A stretch of 64,000 nucleotides of DNA. It comes from an uncultured bacterium (GTDB taxonomy: Bacteria > Eisenbacteria > RBG-16-71-46 > CAIMUX01 > WJJG01). The position numbers and the translations under genes are program-made. The DNA is taken from contig CAZPGB010000006.1 of NCBI GenBank assembly GCA_964585945.1, positions 7,724 to 71,723 of the forward strand, given 5' to 3'. The notes under the pieces were generated by a model, which had not been told where the DNA came from, searched no databases, and was given only the letters and a program-made list of their open reading frames with translations. This document shows, piece after piece, positions 54,761 through 64,000 of the stretch; within the stretch, counting starts at the first letter, position 1, and each line of letters begins with the position of its first letter.

Positions 54761-55606
54761 ATGAAACCGACCCTGCTGGAACTGGGCCCCTTGAAGATCC
54801 ACGCCTACGGCCTGGCGCTGGCCCTCTCATTCCTCATCGGCAGCATCCTGGTGACCCGCTGGGGCCGCGAGCGGGGGTACCCGGAAGACGAGCTGATGCG
54901 CCTGTTCTGGTGGATCCTGATCAGCGCGCTCATCGGCTCGCGTCTCTACTACGCCATCCAGCACCCCGACGACTTCCGCGAGAACTGGCTCGGCATCTCG
55001 CAGATCTGGCGCGGCGGGCTGACCCAGTACGGCGGCGTGATCGGGGCGATCATCGCCGCGGCGCTCTTCGTGCGCTCGCGCGGTTGGAGCTTCCGCGACA
55101 TCAGCGATCTGGTCGCGCCCGCCCTGGCGCTGGGGGAGGGGATCACCCGCATCGGCTGCTATCTCAACGGCTGCTGTTTCGGCGACGTCTGCGATCTGCC
55201 CTGGGCGGTGCGGTTCCCGGCCGGCTCGCACGCCCACGCCGTGTTGGGCGGTGTGCTCGTGCACCCCGCGCAGCTCTACCTCAGTCTCTCCAACCTTCTG
55301 CTGTTCCTCTTCATGGTGCGCCTGCGGCCGCGACTCGTGCGGCCCGGCCGCCTCTTCGCGATCTACTTGGCGGTCTCCTCCCTGATTCGCCTGGCGGTCG
55401 ACTTCACCCGCTACTACGAGGCGAGCGACCGGATCGAGATCGCCGGCCTGACGCTGGCCCACAGCCAATGGGTCTCGGTCCTCTTCGTCGCCGTGGCGGT
55501 CTGGATCTGGTTCAGCGCGCCGACGCACCGCCGCCATCCCTACGGGGAGGACGACGCCTCCGGTGAGGCGTCCTCCGCCACCGGCGGGTCCTCCTCGGCC
55601 GGCTAG
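54761..55606 (+). CDS. lgt: Prolipoprotein diacylglyceryl transferase
   Basis: HAYG, IGSRL, GGLTQYGG, RIGCYLNGCCFG, HPAQLY. Confidence 0.92.
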   Translation: MKPTLLELGPLKIHAYGLALALSFLIGSILVTRWGRERGYPEDELMRLFWWILISALIGSRLYYAIQHPDDFRENWLGISQIWRGGLTQYGGVIGAIIAAALFVRSRGWSFRDISDLVAPALALGEGITRIGCYLNGCCFGDVCDLPWAVRFPAGSHAHAVLGGVLVHPAQLYLSLSNLLLFLFMVRLRPRLVRPGRLFAIYLAVSSLIRLAVDFTRYYEASDRIEIAGLTLAHSQWVSVLFVAVAVWIWFSAPTHRRHPYGEDDASGEASSATGGSSSAG

Positions 55607-55658
55607 GCGCTAGGGGCTTGCGGGCGCGGCGGCACGCCGCTGGCTGACACGCCGGGTC

Positions 55659-56342
55659 GTGAAGATCCCGAGCCCTCAATCGATCTGGGCGGCCACCCTC
55701 GACCTGGTGGCCCCCTTGCGCTGTCCGGTGTGTGGGCGCGTGCTGGCGGAGGCGGCCCGTTGCCCCGACTGCCGGATGCCCGACCCCGCCCGGGTGGCGC
55801 GGACACTGGGGCAGGACGCGCGCGGTCCCTATCTGATCCTGACCGGCGGGGCGCTGACGGGTCGCTATCGCCGTCTGCTGCATGCCTTCAAGTACACGCA
55901 GGACCCCGGCGCACGGGCGCTACTGACCGCGCAGACCGTCCTGGCCCTCCCGCCGGGAGGCGGCTGGGACGCCCTGGTGCCGGTGCCCACGCATGCGGTG
56001 CGGCGGCGCGAGCGCGGCTTCGACGCGGTGGAGGCGCTGGGGCGGGACCTCTCGCTCGCGCTGCGCATGCCACTGCTGCGGCTGCTGCGCCGGGTTCGCT
56101 ACTGCGCGCCGTTGACCGGGCGGGGGGCCCTGGAGCGGCGGCGGCTGGTCGAAGAGACTGTTGCCGCGGCGCCGTCGTGGGGCCGCCTCCTGCTGCTGGA
56201 CGACGTGGCCACGACGGGCACGACGTTCCGCACCTGCCGGCGGCTGCTGCTGGCGGCCGGCGCCGAGTCGGTCGACCTTCTGGTCGCCGCCCACCGGCCC
56301 CGCGCGCGCCGGAGGATTGTAGCGGCCCGGAGGCTGTGCTAG
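55659..56342 (+). CDS. comF: ComF-family protein (Zn ribbon + PRTase-like)
   Basis: CPVC..CPDC, VPVPTH..RERGF, LLLDDVATTGTT. Confidence 0.85.
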   Translation: MKIPSPQSIWAATLDLVAPLRCPVCGRVLAEAARCPDCRMPDPARVARTLGQDARGPYLILTGGALTGRYRRLLHAFKYTQDPGARALLTAQTVLALPPGGGWDALVPVPTHAVRRRERGFDAVEALGRDLSLALRMPLLRLLRRVRYCAPLTGRGALERRRLVEETVAAAPSWGRLLLLDDVATTGTTFRTCRRLLLAAGAESVDLLVAAHRPRARRRIVAARRLC

Positions 56343-56436
56343 CGTCCCGATGGCCGCGCGGGCCCAAATGTGCCGACCACCCGTCGACGCGGCCCGGGGA
56401 AGCGGTCGGGTGGACGGCGGGCGAGGGGATGGGCGG

Positions 56437-57963
56437 ATGTTTCGCGAGATCGTCATCAATGCTGACCCGGCGGAGACCCGCGTGGCGGTGCTGGAAGACG
56501 CCACGCTGGTCGAGTTCTTCGTGGAGCGTGAGGAAGAGCGCCGGCGCGTGGGCGACATCTACAAGGGCCGCGTCAACAAGGTCCTGCCGGGCATGCAGGC
56601 CGCCTTCGTCGACATCGGCCTGCCGAAAGCGGCCTTCCTGCACAGCTCCGACATGCTCACCTCGATCATGGATCTCGATGCCTTCGACCTCGACGAGGGC
56701 CGCGTGCGCCGCACCCGACCGCGGGACGTCTCCATCGACAAGCTGCTGCAGAAGGACCAGGAGATCTTGGTGCAGGTCATCAAGGAGCCGATCGGCACCA
56801 AGGGCCCCAAGGTGTCGGGCCGCTTGAGCCTGCCGGGGCGGTTCATGGTGCTGATGCCGGGTCTCGACCGGATCGGGGTCTCGCGCAAGATCGGCAACCG
56901 CGAGGAGCGCACCCGCCTGAAGAAGATCCTGCGCGAGCTGCGGCCCAAGAACGCCGGCCTGATTAGCCGCACCGTGGGCGAGGGGATGTCGAAGAAGGAG
57001 TTCGCCCAGGACGTGAAGTATCTGGTCGATCTCTGGCGCGACATCGAGGGGCGCTCGGCCCGGCTCCCGGCGCCGGCGGTGATCCATCGCGACATGGGCC
57101 TGACCACCAGCCTGATGCGCGACATCTTCACCCATCAGGTCGATCGTGTGGTGGTCGACTCGAAGGACGTCTACAAGGAGATCCTGCGCTACCTGAAGAT
57201 GGTCGCCCCGGAGCTGAAGACGCGCGTCAAGCTGTTCACCGGCGAGGGGCCCGTCTTCGACGAGTACGGCATCGAGGCGGAGATCCAGAAGAGCTTCGAG
57301 CGCAAAGTCTGGATGAAGAAGGGCGGCTACATCATCGTCGAGTCGACCGAGGCGATGGTGACCATCGACGTCAACACCGGGCGCTTCACCGGCAAGCGAT
57401 CCCAGGAGGACACGATCCTCAAGACGAATCTGGCCGCCGCCCAGGAGATCGCCCGCCAGCTCCGGCTGCGCGACCTGGGCGGGATCATCGTCATCGACTT
57501 CATCGACATGGAGGAGGAGGGTCATCGGCGCAACCTGCTCGACGCCTTCGTCAAGGCGCTCGACCAGGACAGCGCCCGCACGCGCGTCTTCCCGGTCAGC
57601 GAGCTGGGGCTGGTGGAGATGACGCGCCAGCGCGTGCGCGAGCCGCTGATCAACTACTTCAGCCAGGGCTGTCCCTATTGTCTGGGCACCGGACGGGTGG
57701 CCTCGATGCCCGCCGCCGCCATGCGGGTGGAGCGCAGCCTCAAGCGGGTGGGGGGGCACACCCATGAGAAGGAGATCCGGCTCACCCTGCACCCCGAGCT
57801 GGCCACCTACCTGTTCGACAAGCGGGGACACCGGATTGAGCAACTCGAAAAACAGTATGGGTTTAGAATAGACATCCGCGAAGACCCCCGCCTGGGCCCC
57901 GACGCCATGCGGATCTACTTCCCGCGCATGAAGAAGGACGTGACGGCCGACTTCTTGGTCTAG
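56437..57963 (+). CDS. rng: Ribonuclease G / Rne-Rng family
   Basis: GDIYKGRV..PGMQAAFVDIG, IDVNTG, RLRDLGGIIVIDFIDM, CPYC. Confidence 0.93.
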   Translation: MFREIVINADPAETRVAVLEDATLVEFFVEREEERRRVGDIYKGRVNKVLPGMQAAFVDIGLPKAAFLHSSDMLTSIMDLDAFDLDEGRVRRTRPRDVSIDKLLQKDQEILVQVIKEPIGTKGPKVSGRLSLPGRFMVLMPGLDRIGVSRKIGNREERTRLKKILRELRPKNAGLISRTVGEGMSKKEFAQDVKYLVDLWRDIEGRSARLPAPAVIHRDMGLTTSLMRDIFTHQVDRVVVDSKDVYKEILRYLKMVAPELKTRVKLFTGEGPVFDEYGIEAEIQKSFERKVWMKKGGYIIVESTEAMVTIDVNTGRFTGKRSQEDTILKTNLAAAQEIARQLRLRDLGGIIVIDFIDMEEEGHRRNLLDAFVKALDQDSARTRVFPVSELGLVEMTRQRVREPLINYFSQGCPYCLGTGRVASMPAAAMRVERSLKRVGGHTHEKEIRLTLHPELATYLFDKRGHRIEQLEKQYGFRIDIREDPRLGPDAMRIYFPRMKKDVTADFLV

Positions 57964-58001
57964 TGCGCCCGGGCCGCGGACCCGGCGCCGCGACGCGCAG
58001 C

Positions 58002-58031
58002 TTGACACGCCGGGGCAGCGAACTCTATACT
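58002..58031 (+). promoter_or_regulatory. Sigma70 promoter TTGACA-N18-TATACT for rplU-rpmA
   Basis: Near-consensus -35/-10 about 50 nt upstream of rplU. Confidence 0.7.
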
Positions 58032-58083
58032 CGCTTCTTTGTCGATTTCAAAGAGATGGACAGGAGTGCCCGGGAGGTGGGCG

Positions 58084-58398
58084 GTGTACGCGATTGTCTC
58101 GCTACAGGGATTCCAGTATCGGGTGGATCCGGATGCGATCCTGCGGGTGCCCGCGTTCGCGGCGGCGGAAGGTGACGAGATCACCATCAACGACGTGCAT
58201 CTGATCGCGGACGGGGACGAGGTTCTCGTGGGCAAGCCCACCGTGGCCGACGCCGCGGTCAAGGCCGAGGTCCTCGGTCACGCGCGCGGCCCCAAGGTGC
58301 TGGTGGGGAAATACAAGCGTCGCAAGGACTATCGTCGGCGTCGCGGCCATCGGACCAACTACACCGAGATTCGCGTCAAGGAGATCGTGCGACCCTAG
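58084..58398 (+). CDS. rplU: 50S ribosomal protein L21
   Basis: GTG start with SD GGGAGG; YAIV..GFQYRV, KYKRRKDY..GHR. Confidence 0.96.
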   Translation: MYAIVSLQGFQYRVDPDAILRVPAFAAAEGDEITINDVHLIADGDEVLVGKPTVADAAVKAEVLGHARGPKVLVGKYKRRKDYRRRRGHRTNYTEIRVKEIVRP

Positions 58399-58416
58399 GA
58401 CGCGCGGGAGGCAGTC

Positions 58417-58677
58417 ATGGCACACAAGAAGGGCGTCGGCAGTTCGAAGAACGGCCGGGACTCGAATCCGCAGTATCTGGGCATCAAGCGTTACGGCGGC
58501 GAGCGCGTAACGGCGGGCACGATCGTCATCCGCCAGCGCGGCACCCGCATCCTGCCCGGTGAGAACATCGGACGCGGCAAGGACGACACGCTCTTCGCCC
58601 TCATCGACGGGCGCGTCCTGTTCGAGCGCAGGGGCAAGAACCGCAAGCGCGTCAGCATCGAGCCGCTGGAGGCCTGA
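58417..58677 (+). CDS. rpmA: 50S ribosomal protein L27
   Basis: [28 protein letters not shown]. Confidence 0.98.
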   Translation: MAHKKGVGSSKNGRDSNPQYLGIKRYGGERVTAGTIVIRQRGTRILPGENIGRGKDDTLFALIDGRVLFERRGKNRKRVSIEPLEA

Positions 58678-58712
58678 CAAGGAGCGTCGTCGGGCAGCGT
58701 CGTGCATTGCCG

Positions 58713-58759
58713 GGGCCGGCCGCATCCCACCGGTGGGATGGCCGGCCTCGCGTCGTTTA
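58713..58759 (+). terminator. Hairpin downstream of rpmA (possible terminator)
   Basis: GGCCGGCC-G-CATCCCACCGGTGGGATG-GCCGGCC inverted repeat; only a short, offset U-tract. Confidence 0.45.
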
Positions 58760-58879
58760 GGCGCGCGGCAGCTTGGTGGTTGACCGGGCGGCACCGTCGA
58801 TCCAATCTTGGGCGGCGACCGGCATGGCGACGTAGGCGCGCACCCAGGGCCGCTGGGGCCGCGAGAGGAGTGGAGGTTC

Positions 58880-59695
58880 ATGGGCTGCGAGGGCGGCGGG
58901 GTGGCCCTGATCATCCCCGCCCGGCTGGGGGCCACCCGTTTTCCCGGCAAGCTGTTGGAGCGCGCCGCCGGGCGCAGCATCCTCGAGTGGACCTGGCGAC
59001 GCGCGCGGGCGGCGGCGGGGCCACAGCGCGTCTGGATCGCGACCGACAGCGATCCGATCGCGCGGGAGGCCGGGCGCTTCGGCGGGGTCGTGATCCGCAC
59101 CGGTGAGCACCCGAGCGGCACCGATCGGGTGGCCGAAGCGGCCGACCGCATCCAGCCCGCGCCGCGGTGGGTCGTCAACCTCCAGGGCGACGAGCCGCTG
59201 ATCGATCCGAGCGTCATCGGCGCCGTCTGTGAAGAGCTGCAGCGCTCCGACGAGGCGGTGGTCACCTGCAGCGCGCCGTTGACCGCGTACCGCGAATGGA
59301 TCGATCCGGCGGTCGTCAAAGTGGTCTGCGACCGAAACCGAGAGGCGCTCTACTTCTCGCGGGCACCCATTCCCTCGACCCCGCGTGGCGCAACGCCCGA
59401 CGCGTTCGCCGACGTGCGGGCCGTCGCCCGGGTGCACGTGGGCATCTACGGCTTCCCCGCCCCGTTGCTGCGGCGGATGGTGGGAGAGGAGCGCGCGCCT
59501 CTGGAGCGGATCGAGTCGCTCGAGCAGTTGCGTCTGCTCGAGACCGGTGTGCGGATCCGGGTCGTGCCGGTGGCGCGGCGCAGCGTGGCGGTGGACGTTC
59601 CGGAGGATCTCGAACGGGTGCGACCCCTGTTGGAGCAAGAGGCCTCGGCCGGCGAGGACGAGGCCGGAGCATCGAACCAAGGGAGGCAAGGTTGA
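58880..59695 (+). CDS. kdsB: 3-deoxy-manno-octulosonate cytidylyltransferase (CMP-Kdo synthetase)
   Basis: IIPARLGATRFPGK, SGTDR, NLQGDEP, YFSRAPIP, ESLEQLR; SD GGAGG. Confidence 0.93.
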   Translation: MGCEGGGVALIIPARLGATRFPGKLLERAAGRSILEWTWRRARAAAGPQRVWIATDSDPIAREAGRFGGVVIRTGEHPSGTDRVAEAADRIQPAPRWVVNLQGDEPLIDPSVIGAVCEELQRSDEAVVTCSAPLTAYREWIDPAVVKVVCDRNREALYFSRAPIPSTPRGATPDAFADVRAVARVHVGIYGFPAPLLRRMVGEERAPLERIESLEQLRLLETGVRIRVVPVARRSVAVDVPEDLERVRPLLEQEASAGEDEAGASNQGRQG

Positions 59696-61404
59696 CCCAG
59701 AAGAGCGTATCGTCGTCCGGGGGTGTGTTGCCCAATGGGGAGCGCCGGCACATCTTCATCACCGGCGGGGTCTGCTCGGCCCTCGGCAAGGGGATCGTCT
59801 CGGCCTCGCTGGGCTTCCTGCTGAAGGAGCGGGGCTTTCGTGTCACGCTGCAGAAGTTCGATCCCTATCTCAACGTCGATCCGGGCACGATGAGCCCGTT
59901 TCAGCACGGCGAGGTCTATGTGACCGACGACGGCGCCGAGACCGACCTCGACCTGGGCCACTACGAGCGCTTCACCGACCAGAGCCTGAGCGGCGAGAAC
60001 TGCACGACCGCGGGTCAGATCTACGACACCATCATCACCAAGGAGCGGCGCGGCGACTTCCTCGGCAAGACGGTGCAGGTGATCCCCCACGTCACCGAGG
60101 AGATCAAGCGCCGCATGGTCGCCACCGCCCGCGGCCAGGACGCCGACATCAACATCGTGGAGATCGGGGGCACCGTCGGCGACATCGAGGGGCTGCCCTT
60201 CCTGGAAGCGATCCGGCAACTGCGGCTCGACCTGGGGCGCGAGCGGGTGATCTTCGTCCACCTGACCCTGGTGCCCTACATGCGCGCCGCGGCCGAGCTG
60301 AAGACCAAGCCGACGCAGCACAGCGTGCGCAAGCTGACCGAGATCGGGATCCAGCCCGACCTGCTGGTCTGCCGCACCGAGGTGGCCCTCGGCGACGAGC
60401 TGAAGGACAAGATCGCCCTGTTCTGCAACGTCTCGCGCGACTGCGTGGCCGAGTCGCGTGACGTGGAGACGGTCTACGAGGTGCCGCTCATGCTTCACGC
60501 ACAGGGCCTCGACAGCCGGGTGCTCTCGTTCCTGCGGCTGGAGGGGCCGCGCGACATCGAGCTGGGCGCCTGGCGCGAGATGGTGCAGACGATTCTGCAG
60601 CCGCCGCGCGAGGTCGAGATCGCGATCGTCGGCAAGTACACGCACCTGAGGGATGCCTACAAGAGCATCGTGGAGTCGTTCGTGCACGCGGGCGTGGCCA
60701 ACCGCGTGCGCGTCCACATCCGCTGGATCGAATCGAGCCTGATCGAGGGCGAGCCGCCCGAGACGTACCTCGACGGCGTCCACGGCCTCCTGGTGCCGGG
60801 GGGATTCGGGGTGCGGGGCATCGAGGGGATGGTGCGGGCCATCCGCTACGTGCGCGAGAAGGAAATTCCCTTCTTCGGCATCTGCCTGGGTCTGCACTGC
60901 GCCGCGATCGAGTTCGCCCGCAACGTGTGCGGACTCGATGGCGCCCACTCCACCGAATTCGATCCCACCACGCCCCACCCGGTGATCGACCTGCTGCCCG
61001 AGCAGCGGGGCGACGTGCCGATGGGCGGCACGATGCGTCTGGGGGCCTACGACTGCGACGTGGCCGAAGGCAGCCGGCTCTACGAGGCCTACCATGCCGA
61101 GCGGATCTCCGAGCGGCACCGCCACCGCTACGAGTTCAACAACGCCTACCGGGCGCGGCTGGAAGCGGCCGGCCTGCGCGTGACGGGCGTGCATGCGGCC
61201 CGGGACCTGGTCGAGACGATCGAGCTGCCCGGGCATCCGTGGTTCCTGGCGGGCCAGTTTCACCCGGAGCTGAAGAGCCGGCCCCGGCGTCCCGCGCCGC
61301 TGTTCCGTGAGTTCGTCAAGGCGGCCAAGACCTGCGCCTCGGGCCAGCCGACCCTGCCGGGCCTGGCCGCGGCCGCGTCCCGGGGCAGGAGAGACGAGGG
61401 ATGA
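59692..61404 (+). CDS. pyrG: CTP synthase (start approximate)
   Basis: [44 protein letters not shown]. Confidence 0.97.
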   Translation: MTQKSVSSSGGVLPNGERRHIFITGGVCSALGKGIVSASLGFLLKERGFRVTLQKFDPYLNVDPGTMSPFQHGEVYVTDDGAETDLDLGHYERFTDQSLSGENCTTAGQIYDTIITKERRGDFLGKTVQVIPHVTEEIKRRMVATARGQDADINIVEIGGTVGDIEGLPFLEAIRQLRLDLGRERVIFVHLTLVPYMRAAAELKTKPTQHSVRKLTEIGIQPDLLVCRTEVALGDELKDKIALFCNVSRDCVAESRDVETVYEVPLMLHAQGLDSRVLSFLRLEGPRDIELGAWREMVQTILQPPREVEIAIVGKYTHLRDAYKSIVESFVHAGVANRVRVHIRWIESSLIEGEPPETYLDGVHGLLVPGGFGVRGIEGMVRAIRYVREKEIPFFGICLGLHCAAIEFARNVCGLDGAHSTEFDPTTPHPVIDLLPEQRGDVPMGGTMRLGAYDCDVAEGSRLYEAYHAERISERHRHRYEFNNAYRARLEAAGLRVTGVHAARDLVETIELPGHPWFLAGQFHPELKSRPRRPAPLFREFVKAAKTCASGQPTLPGLAAAASRGRRDEG

Positions 61405-62312
61405 GCCCCAACCCGGACGCGGGCCCGGCCGCCGGGGTGAGCCCGATCGCCCCCGATGCGCGGCGACCCTTCATCATCGCGGGCCCCTGCGTGATCGAAG
61501 AGGAGGCGATGGCGTTGCGCGTGGCCGAGACCGCCGCCCGCGAAGCGCGGCGCCATGGTCTGACCTACGTGTTCAAGTCATCCTATCTTAAGGACAACCG
61601 CACCAGCGCCGGCGCCTACACGGGCCCGGGCCTCGAAGAGGGCTTGCGCATTCTGCGCCGGGTGCGCGCGGAGGTGGGCGTGCCGGTGCTCACCGACGTG
61701 CACACCGCCGAAGAGGCCGCGGCGGCGGCCGAGGTGGTCGACGTGCTCCAGGTTCCGGCGTTCCTGTGCCGTCAGGGCCGGCTGCTGCGCGCGTGCGGGC
61801 GGACGGGCAAGGCGGTCAACGTCAAGAAGGGGCAGTTTCTGGCGCCGGCCGACATGGCCCACGCCGTCGCCAAGATCCGTGAGGTCCACCCGGGGGCCGA
61901 CATCTGGCTGACCGAGCGGGGCACTGCGTTCGGCTACCGCGACCTGGTGGTGGACATGCGGGCCGTGGCCCTCATGCGGGGTCTCGGCGGCCGCGTGGTC
62001 TTCGACGCCACCCACTCCCTGCAGCACCCCGGCGCCGGAGGCGACCGACGCTTCGCGGCGTCGCTGGCGCGCGCGGCGCTGGGTGCGGGCGCCGAGGGTA
62101 TCTTTGCGGAGATCCACCCCGATCCCGCGCGCGCCCGCTGCGACGCCAGCACGCAGCTTCCGCTGGCGCAGCTTGGGACCTGGATGGAGCAGTGGGCCCG
62201 GCTGGGCGCCCTGATCACCGAGCTGGAGCGACAGGACCCGCCCCTGGGAGAGGGCCGGTGGCCCGGTCTGGAGACTCGCGGCCCGGGCGACGATGGGGGG
62301 GCGGGGGCGTGA
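61401..62312 (+). CDS. kdsA: Kdo 8-phosphate synthase
   Basis: IAGPCVIE, KDNRTS, QVPAFLCRQ, NVKKGQF, ERG, DATHS, EIHPDP. Confidence 0.92.
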   Translation: MSPNPDAGPAAGVSPIAPDARRPFIIAGPCVIEEEAMALRVAETAAREARRHGLTYVFKSSYLKDNRTSAGAYTGPGLEEGLRILRRVRAEVGVPVLTDVHTAEEAAAAAEVVDVLQVPAFLCRQGRLLRACGRTGKAVNVKKGQFLAPADMAHAVAKIREVHPGADIWLTERGTAFGYRDLVVDMRAVALMRGLGGRVVFDATHSLQHPGAGGDRRFAASLARAALGAGAEGIFAEIHPDPARARCDASTQLPLAQLGTWMEQWARLGALITELERQDPPLGEGRWPGLETRGPGDDGGAGA

Positions 62313-63364
62313 TGGCGCGTGGGGCATCAGGATCGGACCCTTGTGGACCGGATGGCCTCGACCGGACGGGCCTCGACCGGGCGGGCGTGGAGCGGGCGGC
62401 GCTCGATGTGGCCCGCGCTGAGGCGCGGCGCATCGAGGAACTGGGCCCGCTGTTCGCCTCCGACGCCTTCCACGAGGCGCTGGCGCTGCTCCACGGCTGT
62501 CGCGGCCGCATCCTGGTGTGCGGCCTGGGCAAGTCGGGGCTCGCGGGCCAGCGCATCGCCGCCTCGCTGCGGTCGACCGGCTCGCCCTCGATCTTCATCC
62601 ATCCCGTTGAGGCGGCGCACGGCGATCTGGGGATCGTCGACGGGCAGGACGTGGCGCTGCTCATCAGCAAGAGCGGACAGAATCCGGAGCTCTCGGCCCT
62701 CATTCCCACGTTCCGGCGCATGGGTGTGGCGATCATCGCGCTCACGGCGCGGCCGGGGTCGGATCTGGCGCGCTCGGCCGACCTGGTGCTCGACATCGGG
62801 CCCGTCCATGAGCTGCCGCCGCTGACCGAGGTCCCGACGGTCAGCACCACGCTGTTTCAGGTGGTCGGCGACGTGCTCACCGTGCTGCTCTGCCGGCTGA
62901 AGGGCTTCTCGGCGGAGGATTTCGCGTTCCTGCATCCCGGGGGCATCCTGGGCCACCGCGTGACGCAGCGCGTCTGCGACGTGATGCATCGTGGCGAGGA
63001 GCTGCCGCGCGTGACCGAGGAGACGCAGCTCGTGGAGGCGCTGACCCAGATCATGGACAAGCGGTTGGGCATGACCACCGTGGTGGACGGCGAGGGGCGG
63101 CTCACGGGGGTGATCGCCGACGGCGACTTGAAGCGGATCTTGCATCGCACCGGCGGCAGCCTGGTCGGTCTGCGCGCCGGCGAGGTGATGACGCGCGATC
63201 CGAAGACCATCGCCGCCGACGCGCTGCTCGTGACCGCGCTGAAGACGATGGAGACCAACCGACCCGGCGCGATCACGTTCCTGGTGGTCGTGGACGATGA
63301 GAGGCGCCCGACAGGCGTGGTGCACATTCATGACTGCCTCAGTCTGCCCGACCCGCGCGGTTGA
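62312..63364 (+). CDS. kdsD: Arabinose 5-phosphate isomerase (KpsF/GutQ, SIS + CBS)
   Basis: GLGKSG, HPVEAAHGDLG, PTVST, HPGGILG, CBS pair. Confidence 0.92.
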   Translation: MARGASGSDPCGPDGLDRTGLDRAGVERAALDVARAEARRIEELGPLFASDAFHEALALLHGCRGRILVCGLGKSGLAGQRIAASLRSTGSPSIFIHPVEAAHGDLGIVDGQDVALLISKSGQNPELSALIPTFRRMGVAIIALTARPGSDLARSADLVLDIGPVHELPPLTEVPTVSTTLFQVVGDVLTVLLCRLKGFSAEDFAFLHPGGILGHRVTQRVCDVMHRGEELPRVTEETQLVEALTQIMDKRLGMTTVVDGEGRLTGVIADGDLKRILHRTGGSLVGLRAGEVMTRDPKTIAADALLVTALKTMETNRPGAITFLVVVDDERRPTGVVHIHDCLSLPDPRG

Positions 63365-63423
63365 GGCCGGATCCCTCGCGGCGGCCCGCCGGTCCGCGGG
63401 CGGCTGATGGGACCCCTTCGGCC

Positions 63424-64000
63424 GTGAAGCGGATGAAGCCGATCTGGCGCACGGTGCGGTTCCACGCCCTGCGGGTGCTGCTCACGCCCGTGGCCTGGCT
63501 GCCGCGCGGGGCGGGCCTGCGCATCTTCGGCGCGCTGGGCGCTCTCTGCTACGATCTGCTGCCGCGGACACGGCGCATCATTCTGGGCAACATCACGCTG
63601 ATCCACCCCGACTGGGACGCGGGCCGTCGCCACCGGTTCGGACGCGGGGTGTTGCGCTGGCTGGGGCGAAACGGATTCGACTTCGTTCGTCTGCGCGGCT
63701 ACAGTGAGGAGGATCTGAAGCATCTGGTGCGCATCGAGGGACTCGATCACCTGCGCGCTGCACAGCAACCGGGCGTCGGCGTGATCTGCCTCAGTGCGCA
63801 CCTGGGCTGTTGGGAGCTGATGCCGGCCCGGTTGCGGGCCGAGGGTTTCGACGTGGCGGTGGTCTACCGCCGCCTGCGCTCGCGCGAGCTGCACGCGTAC
63901 GTGACCGCGCGCCGCGCGCGCCACGGCATCGAGACCCTGGATCGCGACACCGACGGCCGCCGCATCCTGCGCGCGCTGCAGCGCGGGGCCGTGCTCGGCG
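63424..64000 (+). CDS. Lipid A late acyltransferase (LpxL/HtrB family), 3'-truncated by window edge
   Basis: Hand translation from GTG 63424: ..VAWLPR..IEGLDHL..VICLSAHLGCWEL..VYRRL; follows the Kdo genes. Confidence 0.82.
   Translation, partial: MKRMKPIWRTVRFHALRVLLTPVAWLPRGAGLRIFGALGALCYDLLPRTRRIILGNITLIHPDWDAGRRHRFGRGVLRWLGRNGFDFVRLRGYSEEDLKHLVRIEGLDHLRAAQQPGVGVICLSAHLGCWELMPARLRAEGFDVAVVYRRLRSRELHAYVTARRARHGIETLDRDTDGRRILRALQRGAVLG

Noticed and set aside
58399-58416. Missing prp gene between rplU and rpmA
   Set aside because: L27 begins MAHKK without the cleavable extension, so absence is expected
1-64000. tRNA, rRNA, transposase, integrase or prophage genes; many long antisense ORFs
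   Set aside because: None recognised by eye; long overlapping ORFs lack motifs and mirror confidently assigned genes

Overview
This is a very GC-rich (about 70% by eye) chromosomal segment from a diderm, LPS-making bacterium. The FlgD-Ig-tailed peptidase, GWxTD protein, 6-bladed propeller and Kdo genes suggest an FCB-affiliated candidate lineage such as Eisenbacteria or Latescibacteria (inference). The left third (1-24.5 kb) is accessory and envelope-related: lipoproteins, an ABC-2 exporter, AraC-GyrI, a tandem-repeat surface protein, a hybrid kinase, a thioredoxin-cupredoxin-rhodanese fusion, two TrmB regulators, an ECF sigma/anti-sigma/exported caspase triad, an uncharacterised four-gene membrane operon and an M28 peptidase. 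The middle holds an 11-gene nucleoside salvage cluster (24.6-35.6 kb), a degenerate single-ring Clp ATPase with a histone H1-like tail, pfkA, a GWxTD protein, a small glycan locus and thrS. The right part is housekeeping: mreBCD-mrdA-rodA-lgt-comF-rng, rplU-rpmA and kdsB-pyrG-kdsA-kdsD-lpxL (truncated by the window edge). I saw no rRNA, tRNA, CRISPR array or mobile element. The three best candidates for undescribed biology are: (1) the exported caspase/anti-sigma/ECF trans-envelope module, with a T-R-x-K-G motif shared by protease and anti-sigma; (2) the probably catalytically dead Clp ring that keeps an IGF ClpP-docking loop and carries a basic, possibly DNA-binding tail; (3) the four-gene DUF6754-like membrane complex. 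All family assignments come from motif recognition by eye, not database searches.
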